A stretch of DNA of 64,000 bases from Vicinamibacterales bacterium. Its GTDB lineage: Bacteria; Acidobacteriota; Vicinamibacteria; Vicinamibacterales; UBA8438. The position numbers and the translations under genes are program-made. The stretch's first letter is position 1; every line of letters starts with the position of its first letter. A model generated the notes under the pieces. That model searched no databases. It saw only the letters and a list, made by a program, of their open reading frames with translations, and was not told the DNA's origin. Below, one piece after another: positions 55,902 to 64,000 of the stretch. Where the stretch lies: positions 6,235,359 to 6,299,358 of the forward strand of contig OZ242279.1 in the NCBI GenBank assembly GCA_965207265.1. The letters run 5' to 3'.

Positions 55902-58013
55902 CTACTTCGCGAGCGGATGCGGCCGGACCTGGAACTTCACCGCCTTCTGCAGCGTGCCCGGCCCTCCCTCCAGATGCCACGCGGCGTAGTTCGAATAGCT
56001 CGACCAAAGCCCCTTGCCCTTCCAGCCGGTCGTCGGGTCGTCGATTCGGCCGACCGACGAGCGCGAGAAGAAGCCCATCGGATACGGGACGCGCAGCGTC
56101 ACGTACTCCTCGGTCGACGGCACGAACACCTCCAGCGAGTCGGTGTTGACCACGCCGTAGACCGGCGTCTCGGCCCCGAACCCGAGCACGTCGTGGTGGT
56201 CGATCTGCGTCAGGTAGCTCTCGTCCGAGTTGATCGGCATCTCGGCGTTCGAGTAGGTCGGCTTGTCCATGCGATGGAACGTCCAGCCCTCCGGGCAGCT
56301 CTGCCCCGTCGCGGTCGGACCGTTCCTGACGGTGCAGACGCTGTGGTCGAACGAGGCGAAGTGGCCGCTGCCGCGCCAGTCCTGCCAGATGATGCCGTCG
56401 CGGGTGACGTGCAGGCCGCCGCTCCCGTAGGGCGGTGGGTTCGTGACGCTCGGCGGCGGCATGTAGACCTCGGCGATGCAGGTCTCCGGCGGGTTGTCGC
56501 CCAGTTCCAGGCGCACCAGCGTGTTGTCGTCGCGCCCGTTGTCCGAGCACCAGACGCTGCCGTCCGCATCGTTGAAGGCCGGCGAATAGCAGCCGTAGGC
56601 GACGCGGTGGTCGCGGGTCGGGTCGACCGGCTCGTCCGGCTCGGTCCAGCCGGGGGTGATCACGCCGTCGCCGTTCGTGTCGATGACCGTGGGACACCAG
56701 CCCTGCGACGCTTCGGCGTCCCCGGTCTCGTCCCACAGCTCCACGTCCACCCAGCCGACCCCGTCGCGGAAGCCGTAGTAGAAGCGCTCGTCGTGGCCGA
56801 GCTGGTTGTGGTCGGACGAGAAGCAGGTGTCGATCTCGCTGAACTGCTCGCTCTCCGGGTCGTACAGGAAGACCTGCCGCGTGCCCACCTCCAGCGGGAA
56901 GTAGTCGCCGAACGCGTTCTCGCCGTCGGTGCAGAAGTCGGGCTGCTCGTCCGGGGCGCGGATGCGGCCGGTCAGCCAGACGCGTCCCTCGCCGTCCATG
57001 GCGACGCTGCGCGGATCGGAGCGGCGCGCCCAGATCGGGTCGTCGCCGTAGTAGGGCGACGTCGGCGTGTCGGTCAGGATGGGCGGGGCGTTCGACGGAA
57101 TGGAAATCGTGGTCGCCCGGTGCTCCACCGGATCGATCACGGCGAGGATGTCGCTCGGCTGGACCACGCCGTAGACGAGGCCGTTGGCGTTGACGGTGCC
57201 GTCACGCACGTCGGCGGGGGTGCTGTCCGTCCGCCCGTCGTGCTCCGTCCCCCAGTCCCAGAGGGTGACCACGACGTTGCGCTCCGCGCCGGCCGGCCGC
57301 GGCGGGGTCTGGGCCGGCGCCTCACCGGACGCGATGCGGTCCGTCCAGTCCGCGAACATCGCCCGCTGCGGGCCGAGCCGGCGGAAGGCACCAGCCATCG
57401 AGGCGCCCATGGGCCCCATCGCGACGCGGCGGTCCCACGCTTCGAGGTGCGAGTCGACGTCGCTCAGGATGCTGTCGGGAATCGCGCGGGTCGCCTCGTT
57501 GCCGATCTGGTGGCAGTTCAGGCAGCCGGTTACCGAGCTGCCCAGCTCCTGCTGGGAATGCTCCCCCTCGGGCAGCTCCATCATCGAGAGCCACCAGGCG
57601 GCGGGATAGACCTGCGCGGCGGCCAGCGCGTCGGGGGCCACGACCGCGTCGAGATCCAGCGCCTGTCCCGGCGTCGCCGATACGCGCTCCGAATCGACGA
57701 GACCGTAGCCGCGCACCCAGATCTCGTAGGTCGCCTCGGGCAGGTCGGGCAGCACGTAACGGCCCTCGTCGTCGGTCGCCACGATGCGGATGAAGCGGGT
57801 CGGCAGCTCGGTCGTCTCGGCAACCACCCACACGCCCGCCTCGGGACCGTCGGCGCTGGTCACCACGCCGCCGATGTCGTCGGCGTCGAGCTCGATCCCG
57901 GACGATTGGGCGAGCCCCGCTCCGCCGACCAGCCCCGTGCCGAGGGCAATCACCAATGCGGCCGCGGCGGCGGCCGCACCCGACGTCAGCGTCGACTGCA
58001 TGCGTCTCTTCAT
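55902..58013 (-). CDS. Large secreted protein: carboxypeptidase-regulatory-like N-domain, single CxxCH motif, beta-propeller-like C-terminal region
   Basis: Track ORF 55902..58088 trimmed to MKRRMQSTL (signal peptide). VWVVAETTELPTRFIRIVATDDEGRYVLPDLPEATYEIWV is CarboxypepD_reg-like. GCLNCH is a heme c motif. The rest is unassigned. Confidence 0.6.
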   Translation of the reverse strand: MKRRMQSTLTSGAAAAAAALVIALGTGLVGGAGLAQSSGIELDADDIGGVVTSADGPEAGVWVVAETTELPTRFIRIVATDDEGRYVLPDLPEATYEIWVRGYGLVDSERVSATPGQALDLDAVVAPDALAAAQVYPAAWWLSMMELPEGEHSQQELGSSVTGCLNCHQIGNEATRAIPDSILSDVDSHLEAWDRRVAMGPMGASMAGAFRRLGPQRAMFADWTDRIASGEAPAQTPPRPAGAERNVVVTLWDWGTEHDGRTDSTPADVRDGTVNANGLVYGVVQPSDILAVIDPVEHRATTISIPSNAPPILTDTPTSPYYGDDPIWARRSDPRSVAMDGEGRVWLTGRIRAPDEQPDFCTDGENAFGDYFPLEVGTRQVFLYDPESEQFSEIDTCFSSDHNQLGHDERFYYGFRDGVGWVDVELWDETGDAEASQGWCPTVIDTNGDGVITPGWTEPDEPVDPTRDHRVAYGCYSPAFNDADGSVWCSDNGRDDNTLVRLELGDNPPETCIAEVYMPPPSVTNPPPYGSGGLHVTRDGIIWQDWRGSGHFASFDHSVCTVRNGPTATGQSCPEGWTFHRMDKPTYSNAEMPINSDESYLTQIDHHDVLGFGAETPVYGVVNTDSLEVFVPSTEEYVTLRVPYPMGFFSRSSVGRIDDPTTGWKGKGLWSSYSNYAAWHLEGGPGTLQKAVKFQVRPHPLAK

Positions 58014-58314
58014 CAATGCCTCCTCACGACAACTTCCGCACCGCTCCGATCGTCCATGGCGGCGGATGCACGCGCCCGCCGCCACCATCGTCGCACACCA
58101 GAGGGACTATACCGTCAACAATCTCGGGCTGATCGCGGTTCTCATCGGCCGCGGCAGGCACGCGAACCGATGCGTGTCGGGATCCAGCCCATGGATGTCC
58201 GACGCCGGGGAATTTTCGACGCCCGGGCGGGAACAACTCCCCAGCCCGCCTGCCGTATGCAGCACCGTGGCGCCGGGTTTCTCCACGAACGCTGCGCGAC
58301 GCGTCGACACGGGA

Positions 58315-58330
58315 TGGCGCGAACCTTGCC
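58315..58330 (+). promoter_or_regulatory. Candidate sigma-54 promoter TGGCGCG-N4-TTGCC upstream of hsp20
   Basis: In gaTGGCGCgaaccTTGCCgt, the GG and GC dinucleotides have the canonical -24/-12 spacing (TGGCACG-N4-TTGC). It ends 31 nt before the ATG at 58362. Confidence 0.4.
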
Positions 58331-58361
58331 GTAGGCGATTGCGCAGACGCAAAGAGGTTGC

Positions 58362-58886
58362 ATGATGAAAGCGAGGACCGAAAAACGGGAGGAGGGGCGG
58401 CGGCTGGTGCCGGTCGGTGCACAGGGTGCACAGTGGTTCATGAATCCGTTCGCGGGCATGCGGCGGCTGTCCGATGAGATGGAACGGATCTTCGAAGGGG
58501 TTCGCGGCGCAAGACCGCGGCCCTGGCACGACTTCGAGTTCGACGGCGCGTGGTTGCCCGACATCGAGGTCTTCGAAAAGAAGAAGAATCTCGTCGTGCG
58601 GGCGGACGTTCCCGGCATGTCGAAGGACGACATCACGGTGACGGTCGGCGCCGACACGCTGACGATCGAGGGCGAGCGCAAGCTCGACGAGGAGGAGCGA
58701 GCCGAGGGCTACTACCGGTCGGAGCGCGCCTATGGCCGCTTCCACCGCTGTCTCGGACTCCCGGCCGGCGTCGACCCCGACAAGGCGACGGCGAGCTTCA
58801 AGGATGGCGTCCTGGAGGTCACCATGCCGGCCCCGCCGGCGCCGGCGGGGAAGAAGGTACATCGACTGGACATCGCGGGCGCGTAA
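58362..58886 (+). CDS. Hsp20/alpha-crystallin small heat shock protein
   Basis: 174 aa. The alpha-crystallin domain is LPDIEVFEKKKNLVVRADVPGMSKDDITVTV...LTIEGER...GRFHRCLGLPAGVD...ASFKDGVLEVTMP. Confidence 0.9.
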   Translation: MMKARTEKREEGRRLVPVGAQGAQWFMNPFAGMRRLSDEMERIFEGVRGARPRPWHDFEFDGAWLPDIEVFEKKKNLVVRADVPGMSKDDITVTVGADTLTIEGERKLDEEERAEGYYRSERAYGRFHRCLGLPAGVDPDKATASFKDGVLEVTMPAPPAPAGKKVHRLDIAGA

Positions 58887-58899
58887 AGGGGTGACGGCA

Positions 58900-59379
58900 A
58901 TGTCGCGATGCAGCCTTGTCGTCGTTCTTCTGATGGCGACCAGCGGGTGCGCCGGGGAATCGGCGTTGCCCGGGACCCGACCGGCCGCCGCTCCCACCGG
59001 AGACGAGCGGCCTGCGGCGGGGACGACCGGCTACGACACCGTCGTGTTGTCGCTGCCGCGGGGCGCGACCGGTGCGGGACGGCAGGCGTTCGTCGACCTC
59101 AAGTGCACGGCGTGTCATCACGTGACCGGCGAACCCGACCTTCCCGCCCCCGTGTCCGCCAATCCGGGGCCGGATCTCGGCGCCGGATTGGCGAGCCGGC
59201 CGTCTGGGGTCGTAGCCACCGCGATCGTGGCGCCGTCGCACGCCATGAGCGTGGACACAAGCGCCGAGGTGCGGGCGGGCGTCACGGGGGTGCTGTCGCC
59301 CATGGGCGATTACAGCGAGTCGATGACCGTGCGCCAGTTGCTCGACCTGATCGCCTACCTGCAGTCGGCGAACCAGTGA
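58900..59379 (+). CDS. c-type cytochrome lipoprotein
   Basis: Track ORF 58732..59379 trimmed to MSRCSLVVVLLMATSGC (lipobox). It has one CTACH heme motif and a distal Met region (SPMGDYSESMTV). Confidence 0.7.
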   Translation: MSRCSLVVVLLMATSGCAGESALPGTRPAAAPTGDERPAAGTTGYDTVVLSLPRGATGAGRQAFVDLKCTACHHVTGEPDLPAPVSANPGPDLGAGLASRPSGVVATAIVAPSHAMSVDTSAEVRAGVTGVLSPMGDYSESMTVRQLLDLIAYLQSANQ

Positions 59380-59517
59380 AGCCGCGACGCCCGCAGTCCG
59401 CGAAGCCGCCGTGGTCCGGGTGACGAGTGCGCCGGCGCCGAACGCCCGGCGCGGCTCGTCTCCCGGCCGTCGGGATCCCCAGGCTTCACAGTCTGGGGTG
59501 AAAGCGCCACGGGCTGT

Positions 59518-59883
59518 TCAATACTCCATGGTGACGAGCCCGCCGGTCGCGGTCCACTGGAACCGCATGGCCGGCAGGTGTCCGCCCTCTCCTTCACCGG
59601 CCGCGTAGACGTAGACGAGCGCCTCGGCGTAGCGGCTCTCGAGCGGCGCCAGCAGTTCGCGCGCAACGGCGGACGCCGTCTCCAGATCCGCCACCTCCAC
59701 CTCGAGCGTGATGACGTCGTGCGCGGTCGCCATCTTCAGGATGCGCCATCCGTCGTTGACGACGCCCAGCTCGTCGAACGCCGGCGGCGACGACTCGACG
59801 CGCGAGTCCTCCTGCCCGCAGCCCGCGACGACCGCGTACAGCGCCGCGCACGCCCAGAAGCCGCCGCCCTTGCCGGTCCTCAG
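59518..59883 (-). CDS. Small putative lipoprotein; start uncertain (track gives only 59518..59733)
   Basis: In frame upstream of the ATG at 59733 the sequence encodes RLRTGKGGGFWACAALYAVVAGCGQED, a lipoprotein signal with lipobox VAGC. The only near-cognate start is the CTG at 59883. No ATG, GTG or TTG lies between it and the in-frame TGA at 59914-59916. Confidence 0.4.
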   Translation of the reverse strand: MRTGKGGGFWACAALYAVVAGCGQEDSRVESSPPAFDELGVVNDGWRILKMATAHDVITLEVEVADLETASAVARELLAPLESRYAEALVYVYAAGEGEGGHLPAMRFQWTATGGLVTMEY

Positions 59884-59913
59884 GCGCCCTCCCGTTTTCG
59901 CGTTGCGCGCCCC

Positions 59914-60339
59914 TCAGCCGAGGCTCGCGAGGAACGCGTCGATGCCCGCCTGCGCCACGACCTCGTCCTGATCCGGTGTTCCGGAACTGCAGCCGACCCC
60001 GCCGACGATCTGCTCGTCGACGAACAGCGGCAACCCGCCCGCCACGATCATGAACCGTCCCTGGTTGCTCACATGAATGCCGAAGGCAGGACCGCCGGGT
60101 CCGCTCACCTCGCCGTACGCGCGCGTCGAGCGCCGCGCCGCCGACGCCGTGAACGCCTTGCTGATCGCCACGTCGATGCTGGTGATGCGCCCGTTGTCCA
60201 TGCGCTGGAACATCAGCAGGCTGCCGTTGTCGTCGGTGATCGCGATATCCATGTCGACGCCCATCTCGCGCGCCTTGGCCTCTGCGCCGGCCATGATGAC
60301 GCGCGCGTCGTCTAGCGTCAGCTTCTGTACCGTCTTCAT
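59914..60339 (-). CDS. GlcG/HbpS-like heme-binding protein (DUF336)
   Basis: 141 aa. MKTVQKLTLDDARVIMAGAEAKAREMGVDMDIAITDDNGSLL...GGLPL...GGVGCSSGTPDQDEVVA is the DUF336 pattern. Confidence 0.85.
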   Translation of the reverse strand: MKTVQKLTLDDARVIMAGAEAKAREMGVDMDIAITDDNGSLLMFQRMDNGRITSIDVAISKAFTASAARRSTRAYGEVSGPGGPAFGIHVSNQGRFMIVAGGLPLFVDEQIVGGVGCSSGTPDQDEVVAQAGIDAFLASLG

Positions 60340-60401
60340 CTCCGCTGTCCTCCTCCGCCGCGTCCTGGGGCCGACGAGCCCTGCGACCGGATTTGGCGGC
60401 G

Positions 60402-61928
60402 CTAATCCGTCGCGCCCAGGGCCCGCAGCAGGTCCGCCGTGCTCGTGTCGCTGTAGTCGGTCAGGCTGCGGGTCAGGCGCGCCGGGGCCCGCGCGGCGAG
60501 CGCGCGGTCCAGGGGCGTTTCCCCGCGGTGGTTGGTGGCGTCCAGCCTGGCCCCAAGGCTCACGAGATACCGCACCACGGACTTGAAGCCATGGAAGGCG
60601 GCCATGTGCAGCGCGGTGTCACCGGTGGCGCTGGCGGCGTTGACGTCGGCGCCCAGCTCCACCGCCGCCTTCACCGCGTCGATGCCGCTGTTCATGACGC
60701 TGCGGCGATCCGGATCCTGGGTGAGGGCCACCTCCATCTCGGCCGAGTCCATCTCGCGCCCGAGACGGTCCTTGCCGGCCCGGCCGAACCCGCCGGTGAG
60801 CATGCCGGCGGCGGCCATCAGCGGCGTCACGCCGCCATCCAGGCCGGCGTGCGGGTCCGCCCCGCTCTCGGCGAGCCGGCGCATGATGTCGCCCCGGCCG
60901 AACTTGGCCGCAAGAAAGAACGGCTCCGCCCCGGTCCAGGCCACGTCCAGCGCGAAGAGCTTGCCCTGTCGCGCGTAGCGGGTGCCCCGCAGGAGGCGGG
61001 CGTTCGGATCCGCGCCGTGCGCCAGAAGCACCGCCACCAGCGCCTCGTCGCCGCGCAGGATCGCCGCGTGCAGGGGCGTGTAGCCCGCCCCGGCGGCGTT
61101 CGGGTCGGCGCCGGCAGCGAGCAGTATCGCAGCCAGCGCCCCGTGGCCGCTGTGAGCGGCTACGACGAGCGCGCTCGTACCGGCCGGCGCGGTGTCGTTC
61201 GAATCGGCGCCCGCGGCCAGCAGCAACTCGGCGGACGCGAGATTGCCACTGCGTGCCGCGAACAGCAGCGGCGTGAAGCCGCCCTCTTCGACCACGACGA
61301 CGGCGCCGTCGCGGCTCGTGCGGGCGGAATGCGCCTGCACCACGGGACGGAAACGCGAACGGGCGTGCACGTCCGCTCCCGCGCCCAGCAGCGCTTCGAC
61401 GACCCCGGCATGCCGCTGCGACGCTGCCCACATGAGAGCGGTCTGCTCCTCCATCGCCTCCCGCGCCTGCACGTCGGCGCCGTGCGCCAGCAATGCTCGC
61501 ACCGCGCCGATGCTGCCGGCGCGCGCCGCGGTCATCAGGGGGGTCTCGCCGCTCGGCAGCACCGCGTGCGGCGTGGCGCCGGCCGCGAGCAGCAACCGCA
61601 CCATCGCCGGGTTCCCGTTCTCGCACGCCAAGTAGAGCGGTGTGACGCCGAGCTGGTTCGAAACGTCCGCGACCGCGCCCGCCTCGATGAGCAGCTCCGC
61701 CGTCTCCAGATCGTTCAGATAGGCCGCCCAGTGCAGCGCCGTCGCTCCGTCCGGTTGCCGGGCGTCAACGTCTACCGGTTCCTCCAGCAGCGCTTGCACG
61801 GCGTGCCGATCGCCATCCCGAATCGCCTCCACGAGGCGCAGGTCGGCTTGCTGCGCCAGGACCGGAGCGGCCAGCAACACCCCAAGGCAGATCCCGACCA
61901 GACGCGGGCTCACGGCTCTGCATTGCAT
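60402..61928 (-). CDS. Secreted ankyrin-repeat protein
   Basis: 508 aa with a signal peptide (LVGICLGVLLAAPVLAQQ). It has more than 10 ankyrin repeats (G.TALHWAA...ELLI.AGADV...). Confidence 0.85.
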   Translation of the reverse strand: MQCRAVSPRLVGICLGVLLAAPVLAQQADLRLVEAIRDGDRHAVQALLEEPVDVDARQPDGATALHWAAYLNDLETAELLIEAGAVADVSNQLGVTPLYLACENGNPAMVRLLLAAGATPHAVLPSGETPLMTAARAGSIGAVRALLAHGADVQAREAMEEQTALMWAASQRHAGVVEALLGAGADVHARSRFRPVVQAHSARTSRDGAVVVVEEGGFTPLLFAARSGNLASAELLLAAGADSNDTAPAGTSALVVAAHSGHGALAAILLAAGADPNAAGAGYTPLHAAILRGDEALVAVLLAHGADPNARLLRGTRYARQGKLFALDVAWTGAEPFFLAAKFGRGDIMRRLAESGADPHAGLDGGVTPLMAAAGMLTGGFGRAGKDRLGREMDSAEMEVALTQDPDRRSVMNSGIDAVKAAVELGADVNAASATGDTALHMAAFHGFKSVVRYLVSLGARLDATNHRGETPLDRALAARAPARLTRSLTDYSDTSTADLLRALGATD

Positions 61929-61940
61929 GGGGACGCGCTC

Positions 61941-63275
61941 CTAAACGCCCGAGAGCTCCCGAATCTCCCCCGTGCTCGTCCCGAACTCGTCGACAGGCAC
62001 GCCCAGCTTGTCCATCAGCGTCACGTGCAGGTTGGACATCGGCGTCGGGTCCGGACACCGCAGATGCTGTCCGCAGTGAAGCGTCCCCGCTCCGCCGCCT
62101 GCGAGCAGGATCGGCAGGTTCTCCGAGGAATGCCGGTTGCCGTCGCTCAGGCCGGCGCCGTACAGCACCGCCACGTGGTCGAGCAGCGAGCCGTCGCCGT
62201 CCGGCGTGGCGCGCAGCTTGTCCAGGTAGTATGCCAGCAGCGACGTGTGGTACGTGTTGATCCGGGTCAGCTTGTCGAGCTTGTCCGGGTCCTGCTGATG
62301 ATGCGACGTCGGGTGATGCGCCTCCGGCACGCCGATCTGCGGATAGGTCCGACCGCTGTACTCGCGGCTGATCATGAAGCTGACGACGCGGGTCAGGTCG
62401 GTCTGGTAGGCCAGCACCTGCAGATCGAACATCAGCTTGGCGTGCTCGTCGAAGGCGGCCGGAACGCCCAGGGGCGGCGCAATGTCCGGCAGCTCCTGAT
62501 CGACCTGCGCCTCGGCTTTCTGGATGCGGCGCTCGATGTCCCGCACCGCCTCGAGGTACTCGCCGAGCTTCAGCCGGTCGCGCGGCCCCAGATCGCGGCG
62601 CAACGCTGCCACCTTGTCCGTCACCGCGTCGAGGAGGCTGCGGTTCTGCTCGATGCGCGCGAGCCGGGCGGCAGGATCCGTGCCCCCGGTGTCTCCGAGC
62701 AGCCGTTCGAAGACCGTCCGCGGGTTGGTCTCCATCGGCAACGGCGTCGTCGCGCTCAGCCAGCAGATCGTGTTGGTGTATGCGCAGGTGTATCCGCCAC
62801 CGCACGTGCCCACATCGTCGCCCGACTCGAGGGCCAGCTCCAGCGACGCGAGTTGCGTGTGCCGGGCCGCCTCCCGCGCCACCTGCTGGTCCATCGACAC
62901 GCCGGCCCCGAGCTGGGAGCCCTGCGTGCGCTTCGGCGGCACGCCGGTCAGGAAGCTGGTGGCGCCGGTCTCGTGGATGTTGTCCGGCCCCTTGTTGCTG
63001 AGCCCCGACACGACCAGCAAGCGGTCGCGGAAGCGCTCCAGCGGCTGCAGGATCGGGGTGATCTCGAACCCCGTGCCCGCCGTCGCGGGAGTCCACCGCT
63101 CCATCACGATCCCGTTCGGGACATAGACGACGCCCAGCCGCCTGACCGGCTTCGCGGCGGTCCGGCCGAGGGCGGTCAGCGCCGGCACCATGCCGTCGAG
63201 GAGCGGCAGCGCCAGCGTGGCGCCGATTCCGCGGAGCACGGTGCGGCGAGGGAGAGCCTTCTTGCTGATCATCAT
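61941..63275 (-). CDS. DUF1552 domain protein (TAT signal)
   Basis: Track ORF 61941..63572 trimmed to MMISKKALPRRTVLRGIGATLALPLLDGM, the characteristic DUF1552 N-terminus. The ATG overlaps the upstream stop. Confidence 0.88.
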   Translation of the reverse strand: MMISKKALPRRTVLRGIGATLALPLLDGMVPALTALGRTAAKPVRRLGVVYVPNGIVMERWTPATAGTGFEITPILQPLERFRDRLLVVSGLSNKGPDNIHETGATSFLTGVPPKRTQGSQLGAGVSMDQQVAREAARHTQLASLELALESGDDVGTCGGGYTCAYTNTICWLSATTPLPMETNPRTVFERLLGDTGGTDPAARLARIEQNRSLLDAVTDKVAALRRDLGPRDRLKLGEYLEAVRDIERRIQKAEAQVDQELPDIAPPLGVPAAFDEHAKLMFDLQVLAYQTDLTRVVSFMISREYSGRTYPQIGVPEAHHPTSHHQQDPDKLDKLTRINTYHTSLLAYYLDKLRATPDGDGSLLDHVAVLYGAGLSDGNRHSSENLPILLAGGGAGTLHCGQHLRCPDPTPMSNLHVTLMDKLGVPVDEFGTSTGEIRELSGV

Positions 63276-64000
63276 GATTCTGATCTCCGCATCTGAAACT
63301 GGGTGCTCTCGACGATCCCGAGCACGAGGGAGGACCACGTGTAGTCGTCCGCAGCCGCGTCGCGAATGATCTCGCGAAGGGCCGGCATGTCGTAGTACTC
63401 CAACCCACGGCCGAGGGCGTAGGTGGCCAGCTTCTCGGTCACGGTCCACACGAACTGCCGGTGACGCTCCAGCAACATCGCCTTGAGTCCCGCCAACCCC
63501 TCGAACCCGGTCCCGTCCGGGAAGACGCCCGACGCGTCGATCGGGTCGCCTCCCTCCCCGGTCGCCCGCCACTTGCCGATCGCATCGAAGTGCTCCAGGG
63601 CGAAGCCGAGCGGATCCATCGGGGCATGGCAGTTGGCGCAGACCGGGTTCTCGCGGTGCTGCTCCAGCCGCTCGCGCACCGAGGCCGGCCGGCCGCCCTC
63701 CCCCCGGTCCGGTAGCGCCGGCACGTCAGGCGGCGGAGGCGGCGGGGCCGCGCCGAGCAGGTGCGAGAGCAGCCAGTGGCCGCGGAGCACCGGCGACGTC
63801 CGCGTGGGATAGGAGGTGACGGTCAGGATGCTGCCGTGGCCCAGCAGGCCGCCGCGCACGCCGTCGGGGAACGTCACGCGCCGGAACCGGCTGCCGTAGA
63901 CGTTCGGGATTCCGTAGTGCTCCGCCAACCGCTCGTTGGCAAACGTGTAGTCGGCGCGTACGAGGTCCAGAATACTGCGGTCCTCGCGGATCTGGCTGGC
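63272..64000 (-). CDS. DUF1588/DUF1585-containing protein, C-terminal part (gene continues past the window end)
   Basis: LVRADYTFANERLAEHYGI, LTVTSYPTRTSPVLRG.W, and CANCHAPMDPLGFALEHFDAIGKWR are DUF1588/DUF1585 hallmarks. The frame stays open to position 64000. Confidence 0.85.
   Translation of the reverse strand, partial: ASQIREDRSILDLVRADYTFANERLAEHYGIPNVYGSRFRRVTFPDGVRGGLLGHGSILTVTSYPTRTSPVLRGHWLLSHLLGAAPPPPPPDVPALPDRGEGGRPASVRERLEQHRENPVCANCHAPMDPLGFALEHFDAIGKWRATGEGGDPIDASGVFPDGTGFEGLAGLKAMLLERHRQFVWTVTEKLATYALGRGLEYYDMPALREIIRDAAADDYTWSSLVLGIVESTQFQMRRSES

Noticed and set aside
59914-59916. Selenocysteine recoding of the in-frame TGA between glcG and the lipoprotein ORF
   Set aside because: No SECIS-like hairpin lies immediately downstream. 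The downstream sequence begins with its own signal peptide, which fits a separate gene. The case is kept only as a start-codon anomaly.
60393-63296. 967-aa plus-strand ORF, with similar long ORFs at 55917..58334, 53516..54838, 29089..31371, 28793..30634, 21022..23046, 20345..21523, 10448..12316, 25604..27130 and 302..1852
   Set aside because: All are antisense or out of frame relative to genes with strong family signatures (ankyrin/DUF1552, ftsK, pepA, recG, SNF transporter, rnj, aguB). Their products are Arg/Pro/Gly-rich with no domains. These are GC-skewed frames lacking stop codons.

Overview
This is a high-GC (roughly 68-70%) bacterial chromosomal segment. The gene content (bacilliredoxin, RNase J, HspR-ClpB, DUF1552/DUF1588 pair, many TAT/Sec-exported beta-propeller and c-type cytochrome proteins) suggests an Acidobacteriota- or Gemmatimonadota-like soil bacterium; this is inference only, no search was run. 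I call about 60 protein genes and 2 tRNAs (Arg-CCT, Pro-CGG). I saw no rRNA, CRISPR array, transposase, integrase or prophage. Most long ORFs in the track are antisense or out-of-frame shadow ORFs typical of high-GC DNA, and many real genes start well inside the track ORF. Housekeeping content includes aguB-aguA, apt, hemH, hspR-clpB, rho, coaD-rsmD-recG, lexA, rsmA, rnj, ftsK and pepA. An 11-gene aromatic amino acid supraoperon (aroDE-trpEGDCFBA-chorismate mutase-DAHP synthase-tyrA) runs on the minus strand at 32.7-43.2 kb. The right third (43.5-64 kb) is accessory-like: an S55-type peptidase/beta-propeller pair, an ECF sigma/anti-sigma pair, a periplasmic redox cluster, hsp20, and a DUF1588-DUF1552-ankyrin-GlcG operon. 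The most interesting unannotated signals are these. (1) A 27-codon leader ORF with tandem Trp codons plus antiterminator/terminator structures upstream of the aro-trp operon. (2) A roughly 87-nt two-hairpin repeat present twice in inverted orientation, with a compensatory base-pair change. (3) Perfect 24-bp and 16-bp palindromes in the divergent control region of the redox cluster. (4) A consensus-spaced sigma-54 promoter upstream of hsp20. (5) Several -10 boxes positioned for leaderless mRNAs. All product names come from motif recognition by eye; no database search was possible.
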